From Octopus vulgaris (lineage: Eukaryota), in NCBI GenBank assembly GCA_951406725.2, contig OX597819.1:34162001-34226000 (forward strand): DNA of 64,000 nucleotides, written 5' to 3'. This document shows positions 51,701 to 64,000 of the stretch, in pieces (positions within the stretch are counted from its first letter, which is position 1; every line of letters starts with the position of its first letter). A program made the position numbers and the translations under genes. Below the pieces are notes generated by a model, which saw only the letters and a program-made list of their open reading frames with translations, made no database searches and was not told the origin of the DNA.

Positions 51701-54079
51701 CACCAGTGCTTTGTATATAGGATAGTATATATTATTACACAAGATCATAGATATAGAATTATAGAAGTATATCGACATAATATATAGTTGTAGTATACAG
51801 GTATAATACAGGTGTATAGTATAGAAATATATTAGTATAGTATATAAATATAATAGATAGATATAGGAGCATGTAGATATACTACATAGGCTTAGAAGAA
51901 AATGAAAATATTATAAAGGTATAGGAGTATATAGGTATAGAATATAAGGATATAAATATAGTATATTATGTGGTAAGAAGCTTGCTTCCCAGCCACATGG
52001 TTCAAGGTTCAGTCCCACTGTGTGATGCCCTGGGCAAGTGTCTTCTACTATAGCCTTGTGAGTGATTTGATTGCTGGAAACTGAAAGAAGCCTGTCATAC
52101 ATAGATGTGTGTGTGTGTGTGTGTGTGTCTGCGTTTGTCCCCCACCATCACTTGACAACTGGTGTTGGTTTGTTTATGTTCCTGTAACTTAGTGGTTTGA
52201 CAAAAGAGACCAATAGAATAAGTACCAGACTTAACAGAAATTAAGTACTGGGGTCGATTCATTTGACTAAAGGTTCTTTAAGGTGGTGCGGAAGGATGGC
52301 TGGAGTCTAATGACTGAAACAAGTAAAGATTAAAAAATATTTTCAGGGATATTTAAATATGGTACAGAAGTATATGAATATAGTACAAATATATAGAAGT
52401 ATATGAATATAGTATATCATTATAAAAGTGCTTATATGTAGCATAGAAGTATAGAAATATAGAAATATCCTATATTAGCATAGATATATATATAAATATA
52501 ATATCATCATTATCATCATCGTTTAACGTCCGTTTTCCGTGCTAGCATGGGCTGGACGGTTTGACAGCGATCTAGGAAGCCAGGAGGCTGCACCAGGCTC
52601 CAGCTGATCTGGCAGTGTTTCTACAGCTGGATGCCCTTCTTAACGCCAACCACTCCATGAGTGTAGTGGGTGCTTTGTACATGCCACCGGCACAGGTGCC
52701 AAGAGAGGTTGGCAGCGGCCACAATCGGTTGGTGCTTTTTATGTGCCACCGGCACAAAAGCCAGTCAATGTGGTGCTGGCTTCAACCACATTCGGGTGGT
52801 GCTTTTTACGTGTCACCGGCACAGGTAACACAACTACAATTTCCATTTGGTATTTATTTTGATGTTGATGTACTTGATTCAATAGGTCTCCTCAAGCACA
52901 GCAGGTCATGTGCCACCGGCACAGAAGCCAGTCAAGGCGGCGCTGGCATTGGCCACCAAAGTATATAAATATAGTACATCATTGTAAAGCATTTATAGAT
53001 ATTATACAGGTATGTATCAAAGTACATAAATATAGTTCATCATTATAAAAGTATTTATATATAATATATAGGTATAGAAGTATAGAAATACAGTACATAG
53101 TACATATAGCATGTATACATACTATAGTACATATACAATTGTATATGTATCCAAGTATATAAATATATTACATAATTATGAAAGTATATAAATATGGCAT
53201 ATAGATATATAAATATAGTATAAAGGCACAGAAGTATATATACATAGTTTATAGGTATAAAAGTATACATGCATAATAACAGCAGGCTTTGACAGAGAAC
53301 AGGTAGTTTTCAATCTAAATTGACAGAATTTAATATTATTGATTATCAATACAGGAATGGCGAAACCTGGAGTAGCATATCACTGTATTAGGTTCTCAGG
53401 TCAGAATTTATGGAGCAAAACAATTGTTCCTGAAATATCTATAGGATCAGCATATTCTGCATATACATATAAACTCACACAATAAAAAAATAAAGGAAGA
53501 GGAAGAAATGCAATAAAAAAAAAATATAATAAAAATCAAGGAAATTGAAGCATCCCTATCAAGAAAGCCTGTTTAAACCCCATCAATCATGCATTATTTC
53601 TGTCTTTTCAACCGATAGGATATTTTGGATATCAGCCTAATCAATAAATGATCAATAATAGTTTATTTCCTGTTCACAGATTGGATAATTTTCCTTTTCT
53701 CAGGTTTTGAGTAGGTAAAGAGTATTCCAGTATTGGTTTACCCGTAGCTGCCTTTGTTTTGGTTTGTTCTGTAAGGTCAGAAGTCAAAGGTCAAATAGGT
53801 CACTAATATTGGAAATTGATGACAGTGGAACTGTCAATGGAAGCTTAATTGGATTAAGTATTATACCAGTCAAGAATATCGAAATGATTTTCAACAAGTT
53901 ATATAGGCATGACCATATTAATTTTGATTAAGAAAATAATCATTAAAAGCCTTGTTAACTCCAAAAGTCCAGCACCATGATTAAGTGCAACTGTTGTTGA
54001 GGCCTGAACCATAGATAACTGCAATGATTTTAATTCTTTTATTCTTTTACTTGTTTCAGTCATTTGACAGCAGCCATGC

Positions 54080-54424
54080 TGGAGCACCGCCTTGAAAGGT
54101 TTTAGCTGAACGGATCAACTCCAAGACTTATTTGATTTTTAAGCCTAGTACTTACTCTATCAGTCTCTTTTGCTGTACTGGTAAATTAGAGGGATGTAAA
54201 CATACCAACACCAGTCATCACATATATATATGTGTGTGTATGTCTTTGTGCCTGTGTATGTCACCCCCCCCCCCATCACCACTTCATAACTGGTGTTGGT
54301 GTGTTTACATCCCTGTAGTTTAGCAGTTCAGCAAAAGAGACTGATAGAATAAGTACTAAGCTTAAAAATCAAATAAGTCTTGGAGTTGATTCGTTCGGCT
54401 AAAACCTTTCAAGGCAGTGCTCCA
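54080..54424. repeat. Inverted pair of family A SINE 3' halves (136-bp arms, 73-bp spacer)
   Basis: 54080-54215 vs the reverse complement of 54289-54424: about 10 mismatches by eye. Confidence 0.85.
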
Positions 54425-54431
54425 TTTACAT

Positions 54432-54466
<35 letters not shown>

Positions 54467-54861
54467 GGCGTAGGAGTGGCTGTGTGGTAAGTAGCTTGCT
54501 TACCAACCACATGGTTCTGGGTTCAGTCCCACTGCGTGGTATCTTGGGCAAGTGTCTTCTACTATAACCTTGGGCCGACCAAAGCTTTGTGAGTGGATTT
54601 GGTAGATGGAAACTGAAAGAAGCCCATTGTATATATGTCTATATGTATGTGCGTATATATGTTTGTGTGTCTGTGTTTGTCCCACCAGCATTGCTTGACA
54701 ACCGATGCTGGTGTGCTTACATGCCCGTAACTTAGTGGTTTGGCAAAAGAAACCAACAGAATAAGTACTAGGCTTACAAAGAATAAGTCCTAGGTCAATT
54801 TGCTCGACTAAAGGTGGTGCTCCAACATGACCACAGTCAAATGACTAAAACAAGTAAAAGA

Positions 54862-54922
<61 letters not shown>

Positions 54923-55599
54923 TATATATGTGACAGGCTTCTTTCAGTTTCTGTTGTTTAACTTTAATTTTTTCTATGTTTCAATCACTAGATTGTGGCC
55001 ATGCTGGAGCAATGCCTTGAAGAATTTTAGTCAAATGAATTGAACTCAATACTTATTCTTTAAATCTTAGTACTTATTCTATTGGCCTCTTTCTCTTTTT
55101 GGCTGAACTGTAAAGTTGTTAGAGGGACATAAACACACCAACACCAATTGTCAAGTACTGATGGGACATAAACATAGATCCAAAGACACCACACACATTA
55201 TTACTTTCAGATGATCTTCAGCAAGTGTCTTCCACCTAAATCTTGTGAGAGGAATTCGGTAGATGGAAACTGCAGAAGCTCATTAAAGGAACCATTCCTG
55301 CTCCTGTGTGGTGGACTTAATTTGTCATTGCTTATTTTAACATCACTACCTGACCCTTGAAGGCTTTTAACAGAGCCTTCTCTAAAGCAAACTTATAGAC
55401 CAGGTCCCTGATCCAATGATACTGCCCTTTCTTCCATTAATGCCAATACCAAAGACCCTGAAAAAGGCCATGGGTTCTTTTCTTTCTCCTTTGACTAAGT
55501 TATGAAAAAAAGCATCTGTAGTCATGAGCTGAAATCTGTTGTAAGTATTTGGTAACGTTTATGGGTCTGGACGTTGTATTTCAGATTAACTTAGTTGTT

Positions 55600-55930
55600 C
55601 AGAACAGGTAACAGACTACCTGCATATTTTACCTGTTGTGAATAGGAAACATTCCACCTGAGAATGTTAATTGCTGGGAATAAGGAGTGGACCACCTGGA
55701 TATGTTTTCTACTAGGAATAGATAGAATATCTGGGCATGTTATCTCTTGGGATCATGTAACAGATGACTTGGGGATGTTATCTATTGGGAATTGGATGCA
55801 GATTACTAGGGGATGTTACCTGTTGAGAATAGAGGAAAGACTACCTGAGGATGTTACCTGCATGGGAACAGGGAGGAAACTACTTGTTAGAAATAAGGAG
55901 TAAACTATGTGGAGATGTTACCTGCAATAG
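55600..55930. repeat. Degenerate ~40-bp minisatellite
   Basis: Recurrent gatgttacctg.tgggaatagg..agactacctgag units. Confidence 0.65.
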
Positions 55931-56009
55931 TGTCCTAGCTATAGGAAGATTTATATCTCAACTGTTTCATAGAATGACACAAAAGTGATACACCAAGTCT
56001 TTAAGAGAT

Positions 56010-56300
56010 GTGGAGGCACATGGCCTAGTGGTTAGAGCAGCGAACTCATGGTCGAGGGATCGCTGGTTTGAATCTCAGACCGGGCAATGTGTGTGTTTAT
56101 GAGCGAAACACCTAAGCTCCACACAGCTCCAGCAGAAGTTAGTGGCAAACTTCTGCTGGCTCTTTCACCACAACTTTCTCTCACTCTTTACTTCTGCATC
56201 TTGCAGCTCACCTGCGATGGACTGGTGTCCCATCCAGGTGGGGAACCTATATGCCAAGGAAACCAGGAGGTAGGTATGGCTTGAGAAGGAACAAACAAAC
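56010..56300 (+). mobile_element. Family D SINE
   Basis: Matches the reverse complement of 3786-4100. Confidence 0.85.
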
Positions 56301-58886
56301 AGCTTTAAGAGATATATACAGTCTGTTTTCTCTATGCTTACTGCAATAATGTTTGGAATCCAGCATTGAAAGATTATATGTTCTTGACATGGAGGGAGAA
56401 GAAAAGCATCGAAGATCAAAGGCCCTTTATCTTTTATCTTCTACTTGTTTCAGTCATTAGATAGTGGCCATGCTGGGGCACCTCCTTGAAGAATTTTTAT
56501 TCAAATGAATCGACTTCAATACTTATTTTTTAAAAGTCTGCTACTTAATTCTATCAGTCTCTTTTATCAAACCACTAAGTTACAGGGACATAAACACACC
56601 AACACCAGTTGCTAAGCAGTGGGTTGGAGGAACAAACACAGACGCAAGGACAGATGCCCTCAGATATATACAGATATATACAAATATACAATGGGCTTCT
56701 TTCAGTTTCCGTCTACCATATTCACTCACAAGGCTTTGGTGGACCCAAAGCTATAGTAGAAAACATTTTCCCAAGGTGTCACACAGTGGGACTGAACCTT
56801 GAACCATGTAGTTGGGAAGCAAGATTCTTACCACACAGCCGCGCCTTTGTTAACTGAAACATTAAACACCACTAGGTGACACTTATCGTACTATGTTGAT
56901 TAAGGAATAAAATAGATAAATGATGGATAAAAGATGGATCAGAACTGCTAGATGGAAAGGCATTTCAGCCAGATGTTTCACAATCAAAGAACACAGATAA
57001 AAATTCTTCTCAGCAAATATGCTGTAGATAGGTGGGTTGGTGAGTGAGTGTAAATAAGTTAACAAGAATAAATGATGGAATAATTAGAATGAGACTAGTA
57101 ATTAGTAATGTCACAGCATCCATGATCTCTGCTTGTTTCCTCACAAATAACAGGAACAAAAGGGCCGTTTCTATGAAATCAATTACCAGAGAATTAATTA
57201 CAAGAACTCATCACTTAGTCATCATTGAGGGATTTTTAGATTTTGTATTAAGAGACCAATGTGCTGCCTGCAGCACTACCAAGGGAACAATTCATATGCT
57301 AATGAACTGGTACTTGCAGCAGAATCTGTCAAAGAGTAGCAGAAAAATGTTCCAAAGTCAGAATTATGATTTAGAATCTAAAACTATAAAAGATCAACAT
57401 GTCAAAGAACAAAGTGAATACAGGGAACACAGGAGATGAAATTCCAGAGTATTGTGGGAAGTGGCTTTATCTGATATGTAAGAGGGAATTATGTAGGAAG
57501 TGATGCAGAAAAAATCTCATGAAAGAGCAATGGTAACATTAACAATGATGATGATGCTGATGCTGCTGCTGCTGCTGCTGATGAAGATGATGATGATGAT
57601 AGATGTTTTGTTTAGAGATAAATTCGCTTTATTGCATATCTTATTAACAGATAGTAAACCCCTATACACACACACATTGCATCACTTATTTCCTGAAATC
57701 TTTATTTTTTCTTTTCTTTTACAACTGGAGTAGTAAAAGAGATTGAAATATAATGTAAGAGATAGAAACGGCCCAGAAGATATTACCAGTTCAAAGAATG
57801 ACAACTTACTCATCTCAGAGCTATTGTATGAAAACATGTTTTGAACTGCACCATTCCAGAAACTTTTCTGTCATAAAGCCCGGAATTGAGGACTCATCCA
57901 TTATTATAAACATTGTCCACATGCTACATTTATATCATGCACTTTACCAAGTTATAATTTTTTAACCTTACATTTTTTTTAAGTAATGCTTATTCAAAGT
58001 AAATTTGGTGCTATAACAATGTCTCTAGGTTCCTTGACGATTCTCAAGAAAAAGTTCAAACATTTCATACTGTTTAACCTCACACTCAGAATTGAGATTT
58101 ATTATTTCTTTGTACACTTTTGTCCATTCAAATATCTCTTTCTCCAATGTTAAATGAACACATAAATATACAAAGGGATGGATAAAGGACATTCTGCAGA
58201 GATTCCTGTTGGTTCTTATAAAACAGAACTTAAGAGAAGAAAACAAAAAAGAAAAGAAAAGGGAAAGGATAAAACACCCATGGTGAAATAAGAACTATAA
58301 TAGAAAAATAAAGGTGAAATTTCAATCCAGGTATTGCATGTACTAAGATGAAATACAGAGGCTACATATGGACAAGCAGTAAAACATTGATAAAGACTCA
58401 CAAAAGAATTCTTCTATGTATTACATACAAATCAGTCTTTGTTAGCACATTGCTTTAGTAAATACAGATATACATGTGCACATGTATGTATATATGCATG
58501 TATGGGTCAAATATCACCTCTTCTCCACTTACATGACCACACATCTCATACACTGGAGTATGAAAAGGTGACATTTTATACATACATACATTTGTGTGTG
58601 TGTGTGTGTAGATGTATCTTGAGTACAGAATGCATGTATATGACTATAAGGAAAGTATATATATATATATACATACACATACATGCATATACACACACAT
58701 ATACATAAACATATACACCCTATCATCATTTAATGCTCATTTTCCATGTTGGCATGGGTTGGACAGTTTGACAAGAGCTGGCCAGACTCCAATTGTCTGT
58801 TTTGGCATGGTTTCTATAGCTGGATGCCCTTTCTAACACCAACCACTTTACAGAGGGTGCTGGGTGTTTTTTACGTGCCAGCCACT

Positions 58887-59054
58887 ACACATTTTTTTTC
58901 TCTCCTTGTTTCTCTCTTTTTCCGTATCCCTTTCTGTAGAAGAGGGTAGGCTCGAAACGTAAAAGACTTTTTCAATTCCTAAGCATTATACTAATACATC
59001 TGTTTGTTTTGTACAGCACCTGTCTTCGTTTTTTGCTTTTTTCGTGAACTCTCC

Positions 59055-59056
<2 letters not shown>
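58887..59056 (+). mobile_element. Short Penelope-like terminal repeat element next to (TA)n, with a hammerhead-like core
   Basis: CTGTAGA-A-GAG-ggtagg-CTC-GAAACGT...ttcctaagcatt; pyrimidine-rich leader; ends at a (TA)n array. Confidence 0.55.
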
Positions 59057-59096
<40 letters not shown>

Positions 59097-59472
59097 AATA
59101 TAGTTAAGAAATTTCCATTCCAATTACAATGGATTTTGAGTTCAGTTTCACTTGCAGAGCACCTCAGGCAAGTGTCTTCAACTATAGTAAATTTAGTAGA
59201 TGAAAACTGAAAGAAACTTGTTATATATGAGTGTGTAAACATGAGTATATATGAGTGCATGCATGCATGTCTCTTCTTATCTAGACAGCATGTGATAGTT
59301 GCAAATGAGAACCATCATTATACAAAATGGGTGATTCCATTCCAGTTTTTTTTTAATATTGTTATAACAGATATAAGACTTGCAAATTATGTGATACTTC
59401 CAGATGTTTCATAGCAAAGAAACCATACTGTACCATTACATGAAACCAATTGGTAAATTAGCAGATATGAGA

Positions 59473-59547
<75 letters not shown>

Positions 59548-59682
59548 GGGAAAGACTTTGCATTTAATCCTTTCAGGGTCAATAAAAAAAGCACCAGTCA
59601 TATACTGGGGGTCGATGTAATTGACTAACTCCTTCCCCACAAATTCCAGGTTTTGTGCCTTTAGTAGAAAGGATTATTATTA

Positions 59683-59737
<55 letters not shown>

Positions 59738-59774
59738 CATCATTATTATTATTATTATCATTATTATTATTATT

Positions 59775-60090
59775 GAGTGAGAGAGCAGTGCATGCCATCA
59801 AAGTGACACTGGGGTAAAATATACGAAGCCCAACATACCCATCATGACTACCCGTCTGATAAGGGTACACCAGGCACATGCATCACAACCATATGTGCGC
59901 GACATGGTCATCTCATATCAAGATAAACAGCACATGACCTTGCAGGTGGGGCCCAGTTAGAATTTTCTTCAGGTTGAGCAGCCCATCCCACTCAAAAGGT
60001 CCCTGAATAAGGGTTGTTTAAGGATGTTGAAAGAACCACCCATGTTGCCAGAGGTGAATTATTCAAACCCCAAAGAATCCCTCTCAACAC
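59775..60090 (-). mobile_element. 5'-truncated copy of the TAA-embedded element
   Basis: Reverse complement of ~10681-10996; flanked by TTA/TTG arrays. Confidence 0.85.
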
Positions 60091-60094
60091 TATT

Positions 60095-60160
<66 letters not shown>

Positions 60161-60392
60161 ATTATTATTATTATTATTAAGGTGGTAAACTGGCAGAATC
60201 ATTAGCATGCTGGGCAAAATGCTTCATGGCATTTTGTCCATCCTTATGTTCTGAGTTCGAATTCTGCCAAGGTTGGCTTTGCCTTTCATTCTTTCAGGGT
60301 CGATGAAATAAGTACCAGTGAAACACTGAGGCTGATGTAATCAACTAGCCCCCTCCCTCAAAATTTCAGGCCTTGTGCGTGTAGTAGAAAGG

Positions 60393-60440
<48 letters not shown>

Positions 60441-60469
60441 GTTGTTGTTGTTGTTGTTATTATTATTAT

Positions 60470-61002
60470 TGAGTGAAACAGCAGTGCATACCATTAAAGT
60501 GACACTGAGGTACTAATATACGAAGCGTAATATACCCATCGTGTCTACCCATCTGATAAAGGTACACCTGGCACATGTATCACAACCATATGTGTGCAGC
60601 ATGGTGATCTCATATCAAGATAAACATGACCTTGTTGTTGGTGGGCGGGTGGAATTTTCTTCAGGTTGAGTAGCCCATCTCACTCAATGCGTCCCTAAAT
60701 AAGGGTTGTTTAAGGCTAAACAAAACATCCATGTTTCCAGGGGTGAATGATTCAAACCCCAAAAATCTTTCTCAACACATGGCTATGATGCTCCCCTACT
60801 ACTCCTGCTCATGATCAGAGATGTATATATTGTCAGCCACTAAGGGACATGTTCAACCAGTGAAAGTCAAACAAATGACAAGCAAATCTGTGGTATTGAG
60901 AAGAATATTTGTAGTAGTGCCTCTTTAACATGTACATAACATTTTCAATCAGTTAAGATCAGAAACTATGAGAGCCACTACCTGGCATTACATCAGGGCA
61001 GC

Positions 61003-61003
<1 letters not shown>
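60470..61003 (-). mobile_element. Older full-length copy of the TAA-embedded element
   Basis: Reverse complement of 10441-10996 with more substitutions; TTA arrays on both sides. Confidence 0.85.
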
Positions 61004-61041
<38 letters not shown>

Positions 61042-63156
61042 AGTGGTGTGTTGGCAGAACTATTAACTTGCTGGTCAAAATGCTTGGTGGTACTTCATCC
61101 ATCTTCATGTTCTAAGTTCAAATTCTGTTAGGGTCAACCTTCCCTTTTGTCCTTTAAGGGTCAATAAAATAACTATTAGCTGAACACTGGGGACGATATA
61201 ATCAACTATCCCCTTCGCCTAAAATTGCTGGCCTTGTGCCAAAATTAGAAAGAATAATTATTATCATTAATATGTATGATTTTTCGTTGAGTTTAACTTG
61301 AGTTCTTCTTGAGAAAGATCAAGTTGCTCACTAGCAAAGCAACAAGACTTCTTGAGTTAAGATGGTTCCCAGTGTTTATAAATAAGAGGCTGAATTGATG
61401 TGTTGGTTGACCTGTCGATGCATGCACCCAAGTGTGTGCATATATTCACATAAGAATCTCAGTTGGAGAAGTTTTGGAATGTCTTACAAATCTTCACTGT
61501 GTGTGTGTGTATGTAAGTATGTCATCATCATCATCATCATCATCGTTTAACATCCACTTTCCATGCTAGCATGGGTTGGACGATTTGACTGAGGGCTGGT
61601 GAACCAGATGGCTGCATCAGATCTAGCAGAGTTTCTACAGCTGGATGCCCTTCCTAATGCCAACCATTCTGAGAGTGTAGTGGGTGCTTTTACGTGCCAC
61701 CGGCACGAGGGCCAGTCAGGTGCTACTGGCAATGGCCACACTCAAGTGGTGTTTTTTATGTGTCACCTGCACAGGAGCCAGTCCAGTGGCACTGTATGTG
61801 TGCATATTTGAGAATAATCATAGAAAGAAAGTGTATGCAAATACTAAGTGTTTCTAATGCAAACAGGTTAATTTATATATGAATCCATAACTCAAGTTGT
61901 GTAGAACATATGGAAAAATAAGAAAAATTAATTTATTTATTAAAGAAAACATCAAATTTATGTGTGTTATTCAAGACATCAAACTATTTACCAAACATTT
62001 GTAAGTCTTCAAAATACATATATATATTAGTAACATTAACAATAACAGATATCATTTTTGTTGTTGTTTTTTTATCAATTCAGAGTTAATTAAATTGATG
62101 TAGAAATACTTGAGAATTTGTGAGAAACTATAAAAATTACTTGATTACGCACAACATATAAGAGAGAGAAATGAAGAAAGATAAGATAAGAGAATGGAGA
62201 AGATATAAGGCTACCATACAGCGTATGCATTATCAGATTGTCTATTGTTTGGTTAAACACTGTTGCCTGGGGTTTGGGAGGTGTAGCTGGGGTCAGTCTG
62301 ATGCAAGTGTTAGCACCATGTCTCCAGCCTGAGAACTTCCTCTCTTCACACCTCACTCCAACCTCCCCTACACAACACATTAAACTGAATGCTTTAGAAC
62401 AGATTTTGCTGGGTCGGCCTCAAGAGAGATGACATGATCAAAGCCTTTAAAACCCTGAAAACCCAATGTCTTTGTTTCTCTGAGAAGAGGGTAACTTGAT
62501 CAACCATTATCTAATCTGTCTTTTTAATAAGATGGTATTTAATTTTTTGCCATCCAAAGGATCATAGATAGTGAAAAACTGAGTAGCTACAGAATTAACC
62601 ATCAGCTTCAAATCATTGAATATATTTTATTCTTTCTCCCATTTATACACATCATTGCTTTTATGTTAAACTGTCGTGTGTCCAAATAAAGCCAAATAAA
62701 TATATACACACACACACATGTATGAACGTTCGGATGTATTTACATTAAGTACAATACACAGGTGGCTATTTTAAACTAATTCTGCTTCTGTTGCATAATA
62801 GAGTTTTATTCAGCTAGATAGCTATTTACAACGTCAGGGACTGTTCATTTACTATTCTCCTGTATCAGAGGTAACAGATTTCATCTTAGCATGCGGTTGG
62901 CTGTGAATAAATGCAATTGCCAACATCCAATGAGGCCAAAATACATCTAGTATTTTAACCAGCCATTGCTAGGACAATTTTCACCTGCCTCCAGCATATA
63001 TTATGCTTTTAAACACGTGTTTGTAAGAGATATTATCTGCAGCCGAATACTTTATTAAATTTACTTTATGTGATGTATTTAGATAAAGTATGATTCAAAG
63101 ATGGCAATTTAAGCCAATACCATTTCTGTTACATATAACATATATAGATATATATA

Positions 63157-63385
63157 TGCACATGGCCTAGTGGTTAGAGCAGCGGACTCGCTGTCAAGGG
63201 ATTGCAAGTTCGAATCTCAGACCAGGCGATGTGTGTGTTTATGAGTGAAACACCTAAGTTCCATGCTGCTCCGGCAGAAAGTAATGGCGAACGTCTACTG
63301 ACTCTTTCACCACAACTCTCTCTCATAAATGGCGGTGCCCCAGCATGGCACAGCTCATGAGCTGAAACTAGATGAAATAAAATTT
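63157..63385 (+). mobile_element. Family D SINE head fused to a short SINE-tail element
   Basis: Head runs to 63325, then atggcggtgccccagcatgg.cacagctc.tgagctgaaactagat, which is also found alone at 35031-35100. Confidence 0.7.
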
Positions 63386-64000
63386 TTAAAAATGTAAACA
63401 CACATGCACACGCACATGCATACACACACACATACACGTGTTTTATTATGTAAATGTATATCTGTATATGTAAATGTTTACAATGCATATATGCTTGTTT
63501 TCTTTCTCATTTAACTTGTTATGAATATAGGCCCCTTTTTCATTCTTTATTTTATTCTATTTTTTCTTTAGTCTTTATTCAATCTTCTGAACTACCATAT
63601 TGTTTTCCTGTGTCTCTACTTAATAATTACTTATAATAAGGTAGCAAGGTGGCAGAATCATTTTGAGTTCAAATTCTATCAAGGTTGACTTTGTCTTTCA
63701 TCCTTTCATGATGAAATAAGTACCAGTTGAGTACTGGGGTTAATGTAATCAACTTAACCCTTCCCATGAAATTCCTGCATAGATATATTAATTGTTGACC
63801 TTATGCTAAAATTCAAAAGCAATAAAAATTTAGCCTAACCTCCAAAATTGTTGTACAGATATATTAACTGCTGGCCTTGTGCTAAAATTTAAAAGCAATG
63901 ATTACTCATGATGACTGTACTTATTTCTAAACACCAAACAGCTGGAATGAAAATCCCAATCTTACCAAGAAAAGACATAAATAATCATATGATTGACATC

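Noticed and set aside
53737-53780. tacccgtag resembling a miR-10/100 family seed
   Set aside because: The remainder does not match miR-100 or miR-10 and no adequate hairpin forms.
57044-57439. 131-aa ORF in non-repetitive sequence
   Set aside because: Non-ATG start, no recognisable domain and no splice support; one ORF of this size is plausible by chance in 64 kb.
63781-63899. ~43-bp direct repeat (agatatattaa.tg.tg.cctt.tgctaaaatt.aaaagcaat)
   Set aside because: A local duplication of a SINE tail; ordinary.

Overview
AT-rich, microsatellite-dense animal DNA, very probably from an octopus (cephalopod) genome. That assignment is inferred from the mollusc-type tRNA-derived SINE repertoire (CORE-like and Nin-like central domains) and the repeat landscape. 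I found no convincing host protein-coding exon: nearly all ORF-track entries are translations of simple repeats or SINEs, so the window is most likely intronic or intergenic. Recognisable content: at least five SINE types in dozens of copies; decayed fragments of three non-LTR clades (CR1-like, RTE, R4/Dong-like); piggyBac-, hAT- and Tc1-type non-autonomous DNA elements; a 2.5-kb non-autonomous Helitron with canonical ends; a U6 snRNA pseudogene; and a 1.8-kb 28-bp minisatellite with higher-order structure. The most interesting signals are: (i) a ~555-bp non-coding element present three times, always in (TAA)n arrays, alongside R4/Dong remnants; (ii) Penelope-type hammerhead-like cores in short (TA)n-associated elements and in a 370-bp foldback; (iii) a GATA-array insert sharing its 3' tail with a SINE; (iv) locally generated long hairpins; and (v) a compact nuclear-receptor/TALE motif cluster. 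Family assignments rest on recalled motifs, not database searches, and most boundaries are approximate.
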